Shown: positions 22,540 through 33,306, counted from the stretch's first letter. The stretch: DNA of 64,000 nucleotides from an uncultured Chloroflexia bacterium (GCA_963751345.1 CAVVUS010000011.1:455981-519980), one strand, 5' to 3'. The notes: generated by a model from the sequence alone, not told the origin. Numbers and translations are program-made.

Positions 22540-24753
22540 ATGCCCTACTATGCGCACTCGAAGGAAGGCGTCAGCAAGGCTGAGTGGCAACTGCTGCTCG
22601 ATCACCTGACCAACACCGGTGAAATCGCCGCCGAGCTGGGGCGCGATGCCGGGATCTCTGAGTTGGCGCGGACGGTTGCGCTGGTGCACGACCTGGGCAA
22701 GTACTCACGGGCATTCCAGCGCCGGCTGGAGGGCTCCAGGGCCAGGGTCGACCATTCGACGGCTGGGGCGCAGGCATTGGTGAGCCACTTCCGGGATCAT
22801 CCCCTCGCGAAGCTGCTGGCCTACTGCATCGTCGGGCACCACGGTGGTCTGCCGGACTACGGTGACGCCACGGACGTTGAGACCCAGGGCACGCTGGTAT
22901 CCCGCCTGAAGGCGAAGGTGCAGGATTACAGCGCCTTCAGAGACGAGATAGACCTCGCACAGATTGCCCTGCCGAACCGTCTCAGCATTCGCCCTCTACG
23001 CGAATCCCCACATTACTCTCTTGCATTCCTGACACGGATGGTCTACTCGGCGTTGGTCGACAGCGACTTCCTGGAGACAGAGACCTATATGAGCGGCGGT
23101 GAGAAACCGCGCGGCGCCTACGCCGACATCGCCACCCTTTGCCGAGTTCTGAACGAGGCACTCCAGGACTTGGACAACCCAACGACGCCGATCAACGAGA
23201 AACGCACTGAGATACTGCAAAGCTGTCTCACCAAGGCTGGGTGCAAGCAGGGCGTCTTCACGCTGACGGTGCCGACGGGAGGAGGCAAGACGCTGTCATC
23301 GATGGCGTTTGCGCTCAACCACGCCGTCAGGCACGGACTTAAGCGCGTCATCTACGTTATTCCCTATACCAGCATCATCGAACAGAACGCCGCGGTCTTC
23401 AAGGGCATCCTCGGCGAGGAAAACGTGCTCGAGCATCACGCCAACTTCGACTGGGAGCGTTTCGGCGACAGGTATAGCGACTCGCCGGGTGATATGACCA
23501 ACGGCGCAGCGACGAAGCTGAAGCTGGCCGCGGAGAATTGGGATGTCCCCATCATCGTCACCACTAACGTGCAGTTCTTCGAGTCGCTCTATGCTCACCA
23601 GTCCTCACGCAGCCGCAAGGTACACAACGTCGCCAAGAGCGTGATCATCTTCGATGAGGCGCAGATGCTGCCGCTTGGGTATCTCAAACCCTGCCTGACG
23701 GCGATCCGGGAGTTGGTGGCCAACTACGGCGTTAGCGCCGTCTTCTGCACGGCGACCCAGCCGAGACTCGAGCGCTTCCTCACCGATCAGCCTGTCACCG
23801 AGCTGGCGCCGAACCCCGCCGACCTCTACAATTTCTTCAAGCGGGTCCGGGTCCGGTATACCGGCGTGATGGATGACGGGACGTTGGTCGAGCACATGAG
23901 CAGTAGCGAACAGGCGCTCTGCATCGTCAACACACGGCGGCACGCGCGAGGGCTTTATCAGATGCTGGCCGACAGGGTCCCCGCCGGCGAGGTCTTCCAT
24001 CTCTCCACGCTGATGTGCCCGGCACATCGCAAAGCGACCATCGCCGAGATTCGCGAACGGCTTAGCAAGGGCTTGCCTTGCCGGGTGGTCTCGACCCAGA
24101 TTATGGAGGCCGGCATTGACGTGGACTTCCCGGTTGGCTTCCGGGCTATGGCCGGGTTGGACTCGATCATCCAGGCGGCAGGGCGCGTGAACCGTGAGAA
24201 TAGGCGGCCTGGAATCTGCGACCTGACCGTTTTTGAGCCGGATAGCCAGTTCGTGGGGCGCATGCCCGGGCACATCAAGCAGGGGGGGGACCTCGCACGC
24301 CAGGTCTTCATACAGCAGGAAGACCCGGCCTCCCTTGCGGCGATCGCCGCCTACTTCGACCAGCTCTATGAGGTTCGGGGGGACCATGCACTGGATGTAA
24401 AGAAGATCCTGTCATACTTCGACGGTGGCGGCGGCCGGTTCGAGTTCAGAAGTGCTTCGGAAGCGTTCAAGCTGATCGAGGACAACACGGTGCCCGTTAT
24501 CATCCCGTATGACAAGCGAGCGCAGCATCTTCTTCAACAGCTCAAGGAGAGCGAGTATCCGGGGTCGCTGATGCGGCGGCTGCAGCTCTACATCGTGAGC
24601 ATCTACGAACGTGAGTTCCAGGCCCTGGAAGGCTCCGGGCTGATTGACATCTACGCCGGCAGCTACGCGGTACTGAATGACCTCTGTCGCTACAACGATC
24701 GGACAGGGCTGACCCTTCCGGAGAGCAGCGGTGGCGAAGGCATCTTCCTGTGA
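22540..24753 (+). CDS. cas3: CRISPR-associated HD nuclease/helicase Cas3
   Basis: YAHS, HDLGK, HHGGL, VPTGGGKT, FDEAQ, STQIMEAGIDVDF, QAAGRVNR. Confidence 0.97.
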   Translation: MPYYAHSKEGVSKAEWQLLLDHLTNTGEIAAELGRDAGISELARTVALVHDLGKYSRAFQRRLEGSRARVDHSTAGAQALVSHFRDHPLAKLLAYCIVGHHGGLPDYGDATDVETQGTLVSRLKAKVQDYSAFRDEIDLAQIALPNRLSIRPLRESPHYSLAFLTRMVYSALVDSDFLETETYMSGGEKPRGAYADIATLCRVLNEALQDLDNPTTPINEKRTEILQSCLTKAGCKQGVFTLTVPTGGGKTLSSMAFALNHAVRHGLKRVIYVIPYTSIIEQNAAVFKGILGEENVLEHHANFDWERFGDRYSDSPGDMTNGAATKLKLAAENWDVPIIVTTNVQFFESLYAHQSSRSRKVHNVAKSVIIFDEAQMLPLGYLKPCLTAIRELVANYGVSAVFCTATQPRLERFLTDQPVTELAPNPADLYNFFKRVRVRYTGVMDDGTLVEHMSSSEQALCIVNTRRHARGLYQMLADRVPAGEVFHLSTLMCPAHRKATIAEIRERLSKGLPCRVVSTQIMEAGIDVDFPVGFRAMAGLDSIIQAAGRVNRENRRPGICDLTVFEPDSQFVGRMPGHIKQGGDLARQVFIQQEDPASLAAIAAYFDQLYEVRGDHALDVKKILSYFDGGGGRFEFRSASEAFKLIEDNTVPVIIPYDKRAQHLLQQLKESEYPGSLMRRLQLYIVSIYEREFQALEGSGLIDIYAGSYAVLNDLCRYNDRTGLTLPESSGGEGIFL

Positions 24754-24778
24754 AACGGCACTTAAAGGAGGCAGGTCT

Positions 24779-25441
24779 ATGGGTTATGGCATAGCGATCA
24801 GAGTCAGGGGCGACTACGCTCTCTTCACCAGACCCGAGATGAAGGTCGAGCGCGTGAGTTACGATGTGATGACGCCCTCGGCGGCGCGCGGGCTAATCGA
24901 GGCGATTTACTGGAAGCCGGCCATTCGCTGGGTGATCGACCGTATCCACGTCCTCAACGAGATCGCGTTCACGAACATCCGGCGGAATGAGGTGAGCGAG
25001 AAGGTGTCCGCAAGGGAGGCCCAGCGGCGCATGAACGGCTCCCGCGATGCCTTCTACCTTGACGCAACCAAGTACCGTCAGCAGCGAGCGGCACTGGTCC
25101 TGAAGGACGTGGATTACGTCATCGAGGCACACTTCGAGATGGTGCCGGACAAGGCCGGACCGGGTGACACGCCAGAAAAGCACTATAACATCGCGCTGAG
25201 GCGGCTGCGAAAAGGGCAACATTATCACGCGCCTTGCCTTGGCACGCGCGAGTTCGGCGCACGGGTGGAGCCCATCGAGGATGGCGTCTTCCCGCCGAGC
25301 GCCCTGATGGGCCGGCGGGAGCTGGGTTATATGCTCTACGACCTCGATTTCTCCGACCTGGACGATATCCGGCCCTTCTTCTTCAAGGCGACGCTTCAGG
25401 ATGGTGTGCTCGACCTGAGCGACGTGAGTCTGGTGAGGTGA
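24779..25441 (+). CDS. cas5c: Type I-C Cas5c (Cas5d)
   Basis: GDYALFTRPEMKVERVSYDVMTPSAARG..EAIYWKP, LGTREF. Confidence 0.97.
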   Translation: MGYGIAIRVRGDYALFTRPEMKVERVSYDVMTPSAARGLIEAIYWKPAIRWVIDRIHVLNEIAFTNIRRNEVSEKVSAREAQRRMNGSRDAFYLDATKYRQQRAALVLKDVDYVIEAHFEMVPDKAGPGDTPEKHYNIALRRLRKGQHYHAPCLGTREFGARVEPIEDGVFPPSALMGRRELGYMLYDLDFSDLDDIRPFFFKATLQDGVLDLSDVSLVR

Positions 25442-25445
25442 GACG

Positions 25446-27299
25446 ATGATCCTGCAATCGCTCGCACGCTACTATGACATCCTCGTGGCAGATCCCAAGA
25501 CAAACATCGCGCCGCGCAACTTCAGCGCGGCCAACGTTAGTTATGCAATCGTCCTCTCGACAGGAGGAGAGCTGATGGGTCTACTGTCGCTCTTCGAGCA
25601 GGTACCCCGTGGCAAGAAGATGGTCGAAAGGCCAAGACGGATGCTCGTACCTGAGCAAGTGAAACGTTCGTCCGGCGTGAAGGCCAACTTCCTCTGCGAC
25701 AATTGCGCGTACGTCTTGGGCATCTCAGATAGGGATGAAGCCAAGCCGGACTATAGTCGGGAGCGATTTCAGGCATTCCGAGCGCACAACCTGGCGTTGC
25801 TTGCCAGGGCCGAAAGCGTGCCCGCAAGGGCCATCTGCGGATTCCTTGAAAATTACGATCCGGCACAAGCGCATAGCCATCCCGAGATCCGCCGCCACTT
25901 GGAGACGCTCCTCAAGGGGGGGAACCTCGTGTTTATCGTCGACGGATCCTTCGCTCACGAGGACAAGCAAGTCCGGGCCGTCTGGGAAGCGTACAAGGAT
26001 TCGGAAGAGGCGGAGTACGCTCAATGTCTGGTCACCGGCGAGGTGGCGCCCATTGAGCGGCTCCATGCCAGTCTGAAGGGGATTCGCGACGCGAACCCGA
26101 CGGGTGCCACGCTGGTTGGCTTCAACGCAAGCGCCTACGAGTCGTACAACCGCACACAGGGCATGAATGCGCCGGTGAGCAAGCAGGCCACCTTCGCCTA
26201 CACCACCGCGCTCAACTACCTCCTCTCGCGCGAGAACGAGAACCCCGCAATCACGCTGGGCGACACCACGGTTGTCTACTGGGCCGAGAGCCCCAACAAG
26301 GCCTATCGGGATGTGTTCATGGGGCTCTTCGATCCGACCTTCGTCGAGGTAGAGGCAGAGGAGTCGTCGAGTCGTGACCGGCAGGCTGAGCGTCGCCTCA
26401 GTGAAGTGGCCAGAAAGGTCAAGCATAGTCAGCCGCTGGATGTTGACGCCCTGTTGGAGGGACTCGATCCGGGCATGCGCTTCTACGTACTGGGTCTGGC
26501 CCCGAACGCAGCACGAATCTCGGTGCGCTTCTTCCACGCAGATCTTTTCGCCAACTTCATCGACCGAATCATGCGCCACTACAGAGACCTGTCGATGGTC
26601 AAGGAGTTCGACAACCAGAGGACGTACCTCACCGTCCGGGACGTGGTGGACGAGACCATCTCCAAGAAGGCCTCGAATCCCAGCGCCTCGCCACTCCTGG
26701 CGGGAGCGATCTTTCGCGCGATCCTCACGGGCGCACCCTATCCGGCAGGTCTCTATAGCGCCATCCTTACCCGCGTCAGGGCGGATCAGGATGACAGGAG
26801 CAAGAGGATCTCGAAGATCGGCTACGAACGGGCCGCGATCCTCAAGGCCTACTTGCTCCGGAAGTACCGTAACCAACCCGATCACCCAATCCAGGAGGTA
26901 CTGCAGATGTCATTGAATGAAGGGAGTAGGAACCCGGCGTACGTGCTCGGGCGCCTCTTCGCCGTGCTGGAGAAGGTGCAGCAAGAGGCCATCCCTAACC
27001 TGAATGCGACGATCAAGGACCGTTACTTCACGACGGCCTGCGCCTCACCGGCCTCCGTCTTCCCGGTCCTGCTACGGCTCTCGCAGCACCATATCTCCAA
27101 GGCGGCGTATGGCTATGCCAGCGATCGTCGCATCCAGGAGATACTGGACCTTCTCGACGTCGAGACCAACCCGATCCCGACCCGGCTAGATCTCGACGAG
27201 CAGGGCGTCTTCATCCTCGGCTACTACCACCAGCGCGCAGCCTTCTACCGGAAGCGGGACGCAGGCGATGCGGCCGAAGTTCCGTTGACCGACAACTAA
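25446..27299 (+). CDS. cas8c: Type I-C Cas8c/Csd1
   Basis: MILQSL..YY, CLVTG, LVGFNA.AYESY, LAPNAARISVRF, YVLGRLFAVLEK, FILGYYHQ. Confidence 0.96.
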   Translation: MILQSLARYYDILVADPKTNIAPRNFSAANVSYAIVLSTGGELMGLLSLFEQVPRGKKMVERPRRMLVPEQVKRSSGVKANFLCDNCAYVLGISDRDEAKPDYSRERFQAFRAHNLALLARAESVPARAICGFLENYDPAQAHSHPEIRRHLETLLKGGNLVFIVDGSFAHEDKQVRAVWEAYKDSEEAEYAQCLVTGEVAPIERLHASLKGIRDANPTGATLVGFNASAYESYNRTQGMNAPVSKQATFAYTTALNYLLSRENENPAITLGDTTVVYWAESPNKAYRDVFMGLFDPTFVEVEAEESSSRDRQAERRLSEVARKVKHSQPLDVDALLEGLDPGMRFYVLGLAPNAARISVRFFHADLFANFIDRIMRHYRDLSMVKEFDNQRTYLTVRDVVDETISKKASNPSASPLLAGAIFRAILTGAPYPAGLYSAILTRVRADQDDRSKRISKIGYERAAILKAYLLRKYRNQPDHPIQEVLQMSLNEGSRNPAYVLGRLFAVLEKVQQEAIPNLNATIKDRYFTTACASPASVFPVLLRLSQHHISKAAYGYASDRRIQEILDLLDVETNPIPTRLDLDEQGVFILGYYHQRAAFYRKRDAGDAAEVPLTDN

Positions 27300-27321
27300 A
27301 ACACAGCAAGGAGATCTGACG

Positions 27322-28185
27322 ATGGGTGATCCAATTCGCAACCGCTATGAGTTCGTCCTGCTCTATGATGTGGAGAACGGCAACCCCAATGGGGACCCCG
27401 ATGCCGGCAATATGCCCCGCATCGATCCCGAGACCGGCTACGGCATCGTCACCGATGTCTGCCTCAAACGCAAGATTCGCAACTACGTCGAGCTGGTCCA
27501 CGAGGACGCGCCGGGCTACATGATCTACGTCAAGGAGGGCATCCCGCTCAATGCGCAGCACGAGAAGGCCTATATCGCCAGCGATATTGACCTCAAGAAT
27601 GCCAAGAAGCCCAGTGACGACGAGCGTAACACCGTCAGGAAGTGGATGTGTGCGAACTTCTACGACGTGCGCACCTTCGGCGCAGTGATGAGCACTCAAG
27701 TGGACTGCGGGCAGGTGCGCGGTCCGGTACAGATGAATTTCTCGCGCTCGATCGATCCCATCGTCCAGCAGGAGGTGACCATCACCCGCGTCACCGTGAC
27801 GCAGACGGAGGCCGATAAGCGGACTGAGATGGGGCGCAAGCACATCGTGCCCTATGCCCTCTATCGCGCCGAGGGCTACGTCTCAGCCAAGTTGGCGAAC
27901 CAACCCGGCAAGGGCACCGGGTTCTCCGAGGCCGACCTCGAGTTGCTGTGGCAAGCGCTGGCCAATATGTTCGAGCACGACCACTCGGCGTCGCGCGGGA
28001 AGATGGTGGCCAGAAAGCTGATCGTCTTCAAGCACGAGAGCGAGTTGGGCAACGCCCCGTCACATCAGCTCTTCGATCTGATCAGCGTCGAGCGGGATCC
28101 CGAAGTCTATCCGCCGCGCTCGTACAAGGACTACGACGTGCAGATCGATCGAGATGGCGTGCCGGCCGGGGTGGCAGCTGATTGA
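27322..28185 (+). CDS. cas7c: Type I-C Cas7/Csd2
   Basis: NRYEFVLLYDVENGNPNGDPDAGNMPRID, MGRKHIVPYALY, EHDHSASRG. Confidence 0.97.
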   Translation: MGDPIRNRYEFVLLYDVENGNPNGDPDAGNMPRIDPETGYGIVTDVCLKRKIRNYVELVHEDAPGYMIYVKEGIPLNAQHEKAYIASDIDLKNAKKPSDDERNTVRKWMCANFYDVRTFGAVMSTQVDCGQVRGPVQMNFSRSIDPIVQQEVTITRVTVTQTEADKRTEMGRKHIVPYALYRAEGYVSAKLANQPGKGTGFSEADLELLWQALANMFEHDHSASRGKMVARKLIVFKHESELGNAPSHQLFDLISVERDPEVYPPRSYKDYDVQIDRDGVPAGVAAD

Positions 28186-28802
28186 GCGCCTTTGAACCGA
28201 CCTACAGCCCGGATGATCTCCTGCCGCTCTCAGGCATCCAGCACTTCTGCTTCTGCCGGCGGCAGTGGGCGCTCATTCATGTAGAACGGCAGTGGGCAGA
28301 GAACCGGCTCACTGCCGAAGGCCGTGGCATGCACGAACGGGCGGATGACCCCTTCTTCACCGAGACACGAGACGGCGTATCACATCCCGTTCCTGCCGGT
28401 GGCGTCATATCACCTGGGTCTGACGGGGAAATGCGATGTCGTGGAGTTCACGCAATCGCCGGATGGCGTGCGACTTCGAGGAAGAGAAGGCACCTATCTG
28501 CCGACGCCGGTCGAGTACAAGCGCGGCAAAGCCGAAGACGGACCGGAGCGACGAATCGCAGCTCTGCGCTCAGGCAATGTGTCTCGAGGAGATGCTCTCC
28601 GTCGACATTCCGGTCAGGCTACCTTTACTATGGAGAGACACGGCACCGTGTCGAGGTGGCGATGACCGACGGATTACGTGCCTTTGTGGGGGAGATGGCG
28701 GCTGAAATGCACGATTACTTCAGGCGAGGTCACACGCCCAAGGTCAAGACGTCAAAGGCGTGCCGTTCTTGTTCACTCAAGGATACTGCCTGCCCGGCCT
28801 AA
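28182..28802 (+). CDS. cas4: Cas4 (frameshifted, likely sequencing error)
   Basis: LSGIQHFCFCRRQWALIH, GKCDVVEF, PVEYKRG, QLCAQAMCLEEML, CRSCSLKD..C spread over three frames. Confidence 0.92.
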   Translation: MSAFEPTYSPDDLLPLSGIQHFCFCRRQWALIHVERQWAENRLTAEGRGMHERADDPFFTETRDGVSHPVPAGGVISPGSDGEMRCRGVHAIAGWRATSRKRRHLSADAGRVQARQSRRRTGATNRSSALRQCVSRRCSPSTFRSGYLYYGETRHRVEVAMTDGLRAFVGEMAAEMHDYFRRGHTPKVKTSKACRSCSLKDTACPA

Positions 28803-28880
28803 AGCGAGGCCCTTCGAACGCTTCGGCATACATCCGGAAGAGGATCGAGGACGCATCCTGATGCGCGGACGTGTGAACCA

Positions 28881-29912
28881 ATGAGGAAACTCCAGAACAC
28901 GCTATATGTGACCGACCCCGAGCTCTATCTGACGATCGAGGGTGAGGCCGTCGTCATCCGCAAGGAGGCGAAGGTCGCACTGCGACTGCCGCTTCACAAC
29001 CTGGAGAACATCGTATCGTTCACCTACACGGGGGCCAGCCCGGCCCTAATGGGGGCCTGCGCCGACCGAGGCATTGGGCTTTGCTTCCTCTCGCCGGGTG
29101 GGCGGTTCCGCGCCCGGGTCACGGGGCGGGTCCAGGGCAACGTCCTGCTGCGCAAGACGCAGTATGCCATCTCCGAAGACTCGGCCCGGAGCGCCGCCAT
29201 CGCGTCCTCTTTCGTGCTGGGGAAGATCTATAACTCCCGCCAGGTGCTCCAGCGCGCGATCCGAGATCATGCCCTGATCGTGGATGTCGATGCGCTGAGA
29301 GCAGCGTCCGACTCGCTTAAGGCGATGATGCCTATCGTCAGCGAGTGCGGGTCCGTGGCTGACTTGATGGGCTTCGAGGGTCGCGCGGCCAAGACGTACT
29401 TCGGGGTCTTCGACCAACTGATCCTGCAACAGCGGGAAGATTTCCAGTTTAGCAATAGAACGCGGCGACCACCACTGGACAACGTGAATTCGGTGCTCTC
29501 GTTCCTCTATGCGGTGCTGGCGAACGAGGTCTCGTCTGCGCTCGAAGTCGTGGGGCTGGATCCCTACGTGGGGTTCCTGCATCAAGATCGCCCCGGCCGC
29601 CCATCGCTGGCGCTGGACCTGATGGAGGAGCTGCGCGCGGTCTTCGTCGATCGCCTCGTGCTCTCTCTGATCAACCGCAGGCAGATCACAGGGACGGGCT
29701 TCACGCAGAAGGAGAGCGGGGGCATCCTGATGGACGACACGACGCGGAAGAAGGTCCTCACCGCCTGGCAGGAACGGAAGCAGGAGGAAATTCGCCACCC
29801 CTTCTTGGGTGAGAAGATGCCCTTTGGCCTGATCCCTTACATTCAGGCATTGCTGTTGGCACGCACACTGCGAGGAGATCTGGATACCTATCCGCCCTTC
29901 TTCTGGGGATAG
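28881..29912 (+). CDS. cas1: Type I-C Cas1
   Basis: MRKLQNTLYVT, GFEGRAAKTYF, RRPPLDNVN, GLDPYVGFLH, SLALDLMEELR. Confidence 0.98.
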   Translation: MRKLQNTLYVTDPELYLTIEGEAVVIRKEAKVALRLPLHNLENIVSFTYTGASPALMGACADRGIGLCFLSPGGRFRARVTGRVQGNVLLRKTQYAISEDSARSAAIASSFVLGKIYNSRQVLQRAIRDHALIVDVDALRAASDSLKAMMPIVSECGSVADLMGFEGRAAKTYFGVFDQLILQQREDFQFSNRTRRPPLDNVNSVLSFLYAVLANEVSSALEVVGLDPYVGFLHQDRPGRPSLALDLMEELRAVFVDRLVLSLINRRQITGTGFTQKESGGILMDDTTRKKVLTAWQERKQEEIRHPFLGEKMPFGLIPYIQALLLARTLRGDLDTYPPFFWG

Positions 29913-30018
29913 CGCGCCGGCCTGAGCAGAAGTACCTTAACAAGCGATTGGACAGTGCCGCTCGGTCGCGGGTTGCCGCATGGCCGTGTTGAGTGCGGCA
30001 CAGGAAGCGAGGTGTATC

Positions 30019-30309
30019 GTGATGGTATTGATTACCTATGACGTGAGCACCGAGACTGAGGATGGAAAGCGACGGCTGCGGCGAGTGGCGAAGCGATGCC
30101 AGAGCTACGGCCAGCGCGTTCAGAACTCGGTGTTTGAGTGCATCATCGACCCGGCGCAGATGGTGAAGCTGAAGGCGCAACTGGAGGAGATCATCGATCC
30201 GGACAAGGACAGCCTGCGTTACTATTACCTGGGTAACGATTGGCGAAAACGCGTCGAGCATGTCGGCGCGAAGGCCACGGTCGATCTCGAGGGGCCGCTG
30301 ATCCTCTGA
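30019..30309 (+). CDS. cas2: Cas2
   Basis: VLITYDVST...RLRRVAK.C..YGQRVQNSVFEC, DSLRYYYLG. Confidence 0.97.
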   Translation: MMVLITYDVSTETEDGKRRLRRVAKRCQSYGQRVQNSVFECIIDPAQMVKLKAQLEEIIDPDKDSLRYYYLGNDWRKRVEHVGAKATVDLEGPLIL

Positions 30310-30478
30310 CGCGAACCAGAAGTGCACATGAAGAACATAGGAGGTTCGCGGCGATAAGTATGAAGGAGGTGTTGTTTATCGGCAGTTACATGCACGACCG
30401 ATACGGGTTAAATGCGGGGCGTCCCAGGTCCCTTCCCACATCTAGTGGGGCGATGTCAGATCGGCCCCATATGTTGCG
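30310..30478 (+). promoter_or_regulatory. CRISPR leader
   Basis: Lies between cas2 and repeat 1; lower GC; contains the GCGAACC...GGTTCGC inverted motif typical of I-C leaders. Confidence 0.8.
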
Positions 30479-32931
30479 GTCGCACCCCGCGCGGGGTGCG
30501 TGGATTGAAACATGCGTCGTGGGCTGAGCATCTGCAGGGCCGCGAGTCGCACCCCGCGCGGGGTGCGTGGATTGAAACTGTCCGACACCGCAACGGCAAG
30601 CATTGAGGTCGCACCCCTCGCGGGGTGCGTGGATTGAAACATCAGTCACGAAGTACGTGCTGCCTGGCCAGCGAAGTCGCACCCCTCGCGGGTGCGTGGA
30701 TTGAAACTCCTGATGCCAGGTCCGGACGCACGTATCTGCATTTGTCGCACCCCTCGCGGGGTGCGTGGATTGAAACTGCAATTAGCATCCGATCTGCGCA
30801 GCGACGCGCTTGTCGCACCCCTCGCGGGGTGCGTGGATTGAAACACCATGGTCGCAGCTATGCGACGCTCTCGGCGTCGCACCCCGCGCGGGTGCGTGGA
30901 TTGAAACCTGTACTGCGGTGCGCACAGCTGAAGAGTACGGCTGTCGCACCCCTCGCGGGGTGCGTGGATTGAAACGCTACAAGCGCCAGGTCGACGCACC
31001 GTACGGCTGGTCGCACCCCTCGCGGGTGCGTGGATTGAAACAACTGCGACACGGATCCACGCGATGGTCTGCGATGTCGCACCCCTCGCGGGGTGCGTGG
31101 ATTGAAACTGCGACGGCGCACATCGCCACGCTGGTGCCAGCGCGTCGCACCCCTCGCGGGGTGCGTGGATTGAAACCATGCGCGCTGCGAGGCAGGCATC
31201 CCGAGCGGCGCTGGATACGCTGAGTCGCACCCCTCGCGGGGTGCGTGGATTGAAACTCACACGAGCCGTCCGGGTCTGACATGCGGCGTAAGTCGCACCC
31301 CGCGCGGGGTGCGTGGATTGAAACCAGCCGCAGCTGCGACATTTGGTTAAGCTCTGACAATGGGTCGCACCCCGCGCGGGGTGCGTGGATTGAAACGCGA
31401 TGTCGGCATGACAACGGATGGCGGAGCGTCGCACCCCGCGCGGGGTGCGTGGATTGAAACCATTCAGGACGTGCTCGCTCGCTGAACGTCAGAGGGTCGC
31501 ACCCCGCGCGGGGTGCGTGGATTGAAACCGGTCGACTACACGGTACTCTCGCATATCGCGGGTCGCACCCCGCGCGGGGTGCGTGGATTGAAACAGCCGA
31601 TCGTCTGTTGGCGCCGGTCGAGCGCGGTCGCACCCCGCGCGGGGTGCGTGGATTGAAACCACGGTAGAACGGATGGCATGCACTGACGAGCTCGCACCCC
31701 GCGCGGGGTGCGTGGATTGAAACATCCGGCCCTGTGCTTATGTCGTCGTCACGAGGGTCGCACCCCGCGCGGGGTGCGTGGATTGAAACACTGATATAGC
31801 AGCGTCGTCGAGTCGCCGAAGCGCGATTGTCGCACCCCGCGCGGGGTGCGTGGATTGAAACACTACACGCTGTCGAGGTAGGCTCGGCGGCCGTGGTCGC
31901 ACCCCGCGCGGGGTGCGTGGATTGAAACTGTCATGACGCGCTCATAGCAACGTCGCGCATCGAGTCGCACCCCGCGCGGGGTGCGTGGATTGAAACTCAC
32001 AACGGCGTAATCCTGCGTTGAGTCCACCGATGTCGCACCCCGCGCGGGGTGCGTGGATTGAAACCCGTGGAATTGTCGCACAAGCGCGTGATCGAAGCGT
32101 CGCACCCCGCGCGGGGTGCGTGGATTGAAACACTTTCCCGCCCGTGTCGTCGTCCATAAGTGGGCTGGGTCGCACCCCGCGCGGGGTGCGTGGATTGAAA
32201 CACACACGCCGGCAAATAGACGAGCGACAAGATCACGTCGCACCCCGCGCGGGGTGCGTGGATTGAAACACAGGTCGGCGTCCAGTACGGTCGAAGGCGT
32301 CCGGTCGCACCCCGCGCGGGGTGCGTGGATTGAAACACGCTCAGATAGGCGATGGCATAAGTCTCAAGTAGTCGCACCCCGCGCGGGGTGCGTGGATTGA
32401 AACACGTACGAGGTAACGCCGAGCGAAATGCCATCGTCGCACCCCGCGCGGGGTGCGTGGATTGAAACCACTTGCTGTCACGCCGATACCGCCCTCTGCC
32501 AAGTCGCACCCCGCGCGGGGTGCGTGGATTGAAACATGACGTGATCGCGACCTGCGGGGCTAGAGTCGCACCCCGCGCGGGGTGCGTGGATTGAAACACG
32601 CTGTCGCTGCGGATGCGGAGGCATGGCCAGCAGTCGCACCCCGCGCGGGGTGCGTGGATTGAAACGCATCGACTCGTGACTCCGACCCAGATTGGGCGTC
32701 GCACCCCGCGCGGGGTGCGTGGATTGAAACTCGCTCGACAACGGCGGGCGCCCGCAGCCTGCCGTCGCACCCCGCGCGGGGTGCGTGGATTGAAACTCAT
32801 CCTGGAACTCGGTGGCATACTCGGGGTCCGATGTCGCACCCCGCGCGGGGTGCGTGGATTGAAACACGTAAGCTCAAGACAGTGGTGCCGCCGGTGTGGT
32901 CGCACCCCGCGCGGGGTGCGTGGATTGAAAC
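30479..32931 (+). CRISPR. Type I-C CRISPR array: 37 repeats of 33 nt (GTCGCACCCCGCGCGGGGTGCGTGGATTGAAAC), 36 full spacers plus an 18-nt truncated spacer
   Basis: Hand count; spacers 29-47 nt; hairpin GCACCCC/GGGGTGC; ATTGAAAC 3' handle. Confidence 0.99.
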
Positions 32932-32949
32932 TCCGGGGCAGGATCGCCC

Positions 32950-33300
32950 TGTGTGCCAATAATAGTGACACAACTCTGCTCGGGAATTAGGAGTAGTATA
33001 GAGAGCAGAGGAGCTTGAAATGATGACTGATGAGGGGCGTAATGCAAGGGAAGTGCCGGATCCCGAGGTACGGGTAACGCGGAAGCAGCGGCAGTTCAGC
33101 GCCGAGTACAAGCTGGAGATCCTGGCGCGCGCTGAGGCATGTACGCAGCGGGGCGAGTTGCGAGAGATGCTGGAACAGGAAGGGCTGCACTCGTCATATC
33201 TGAGTCGCTGGCGCAGGGCACGAGCCGCCGGAAGACTGGGAGGTACGCGCAGCCAGAAGCGCGGGCCTAAGCTGGTGTGTGTCAAAGTCATTGACACACA
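32950..33300 (+). mobile_element. Internally deleted 351-bp IS3-family element
   Basis: TG...CA ends with about 18/23 inverted-repeat match; truncated OrfA PDPEV..RQFSAEYKLEILARAEAC...EGLHSSYLSRWR. Confidence 0.85.
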
Positions 33301-33306
33301 CCAATT

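Noticed and set aside
30332-30347. LexA box in the CRISPR leader
   Set aside because: GAAC-N7-GTTC has the wrong spacing, and it overlaps the usual I-C leader inverted motif.
30386-32990. ORFs over the CRISPR array and long antisense ORFs elsewhere
   Set aside because: Repeat translations and high-GC shadow frames.
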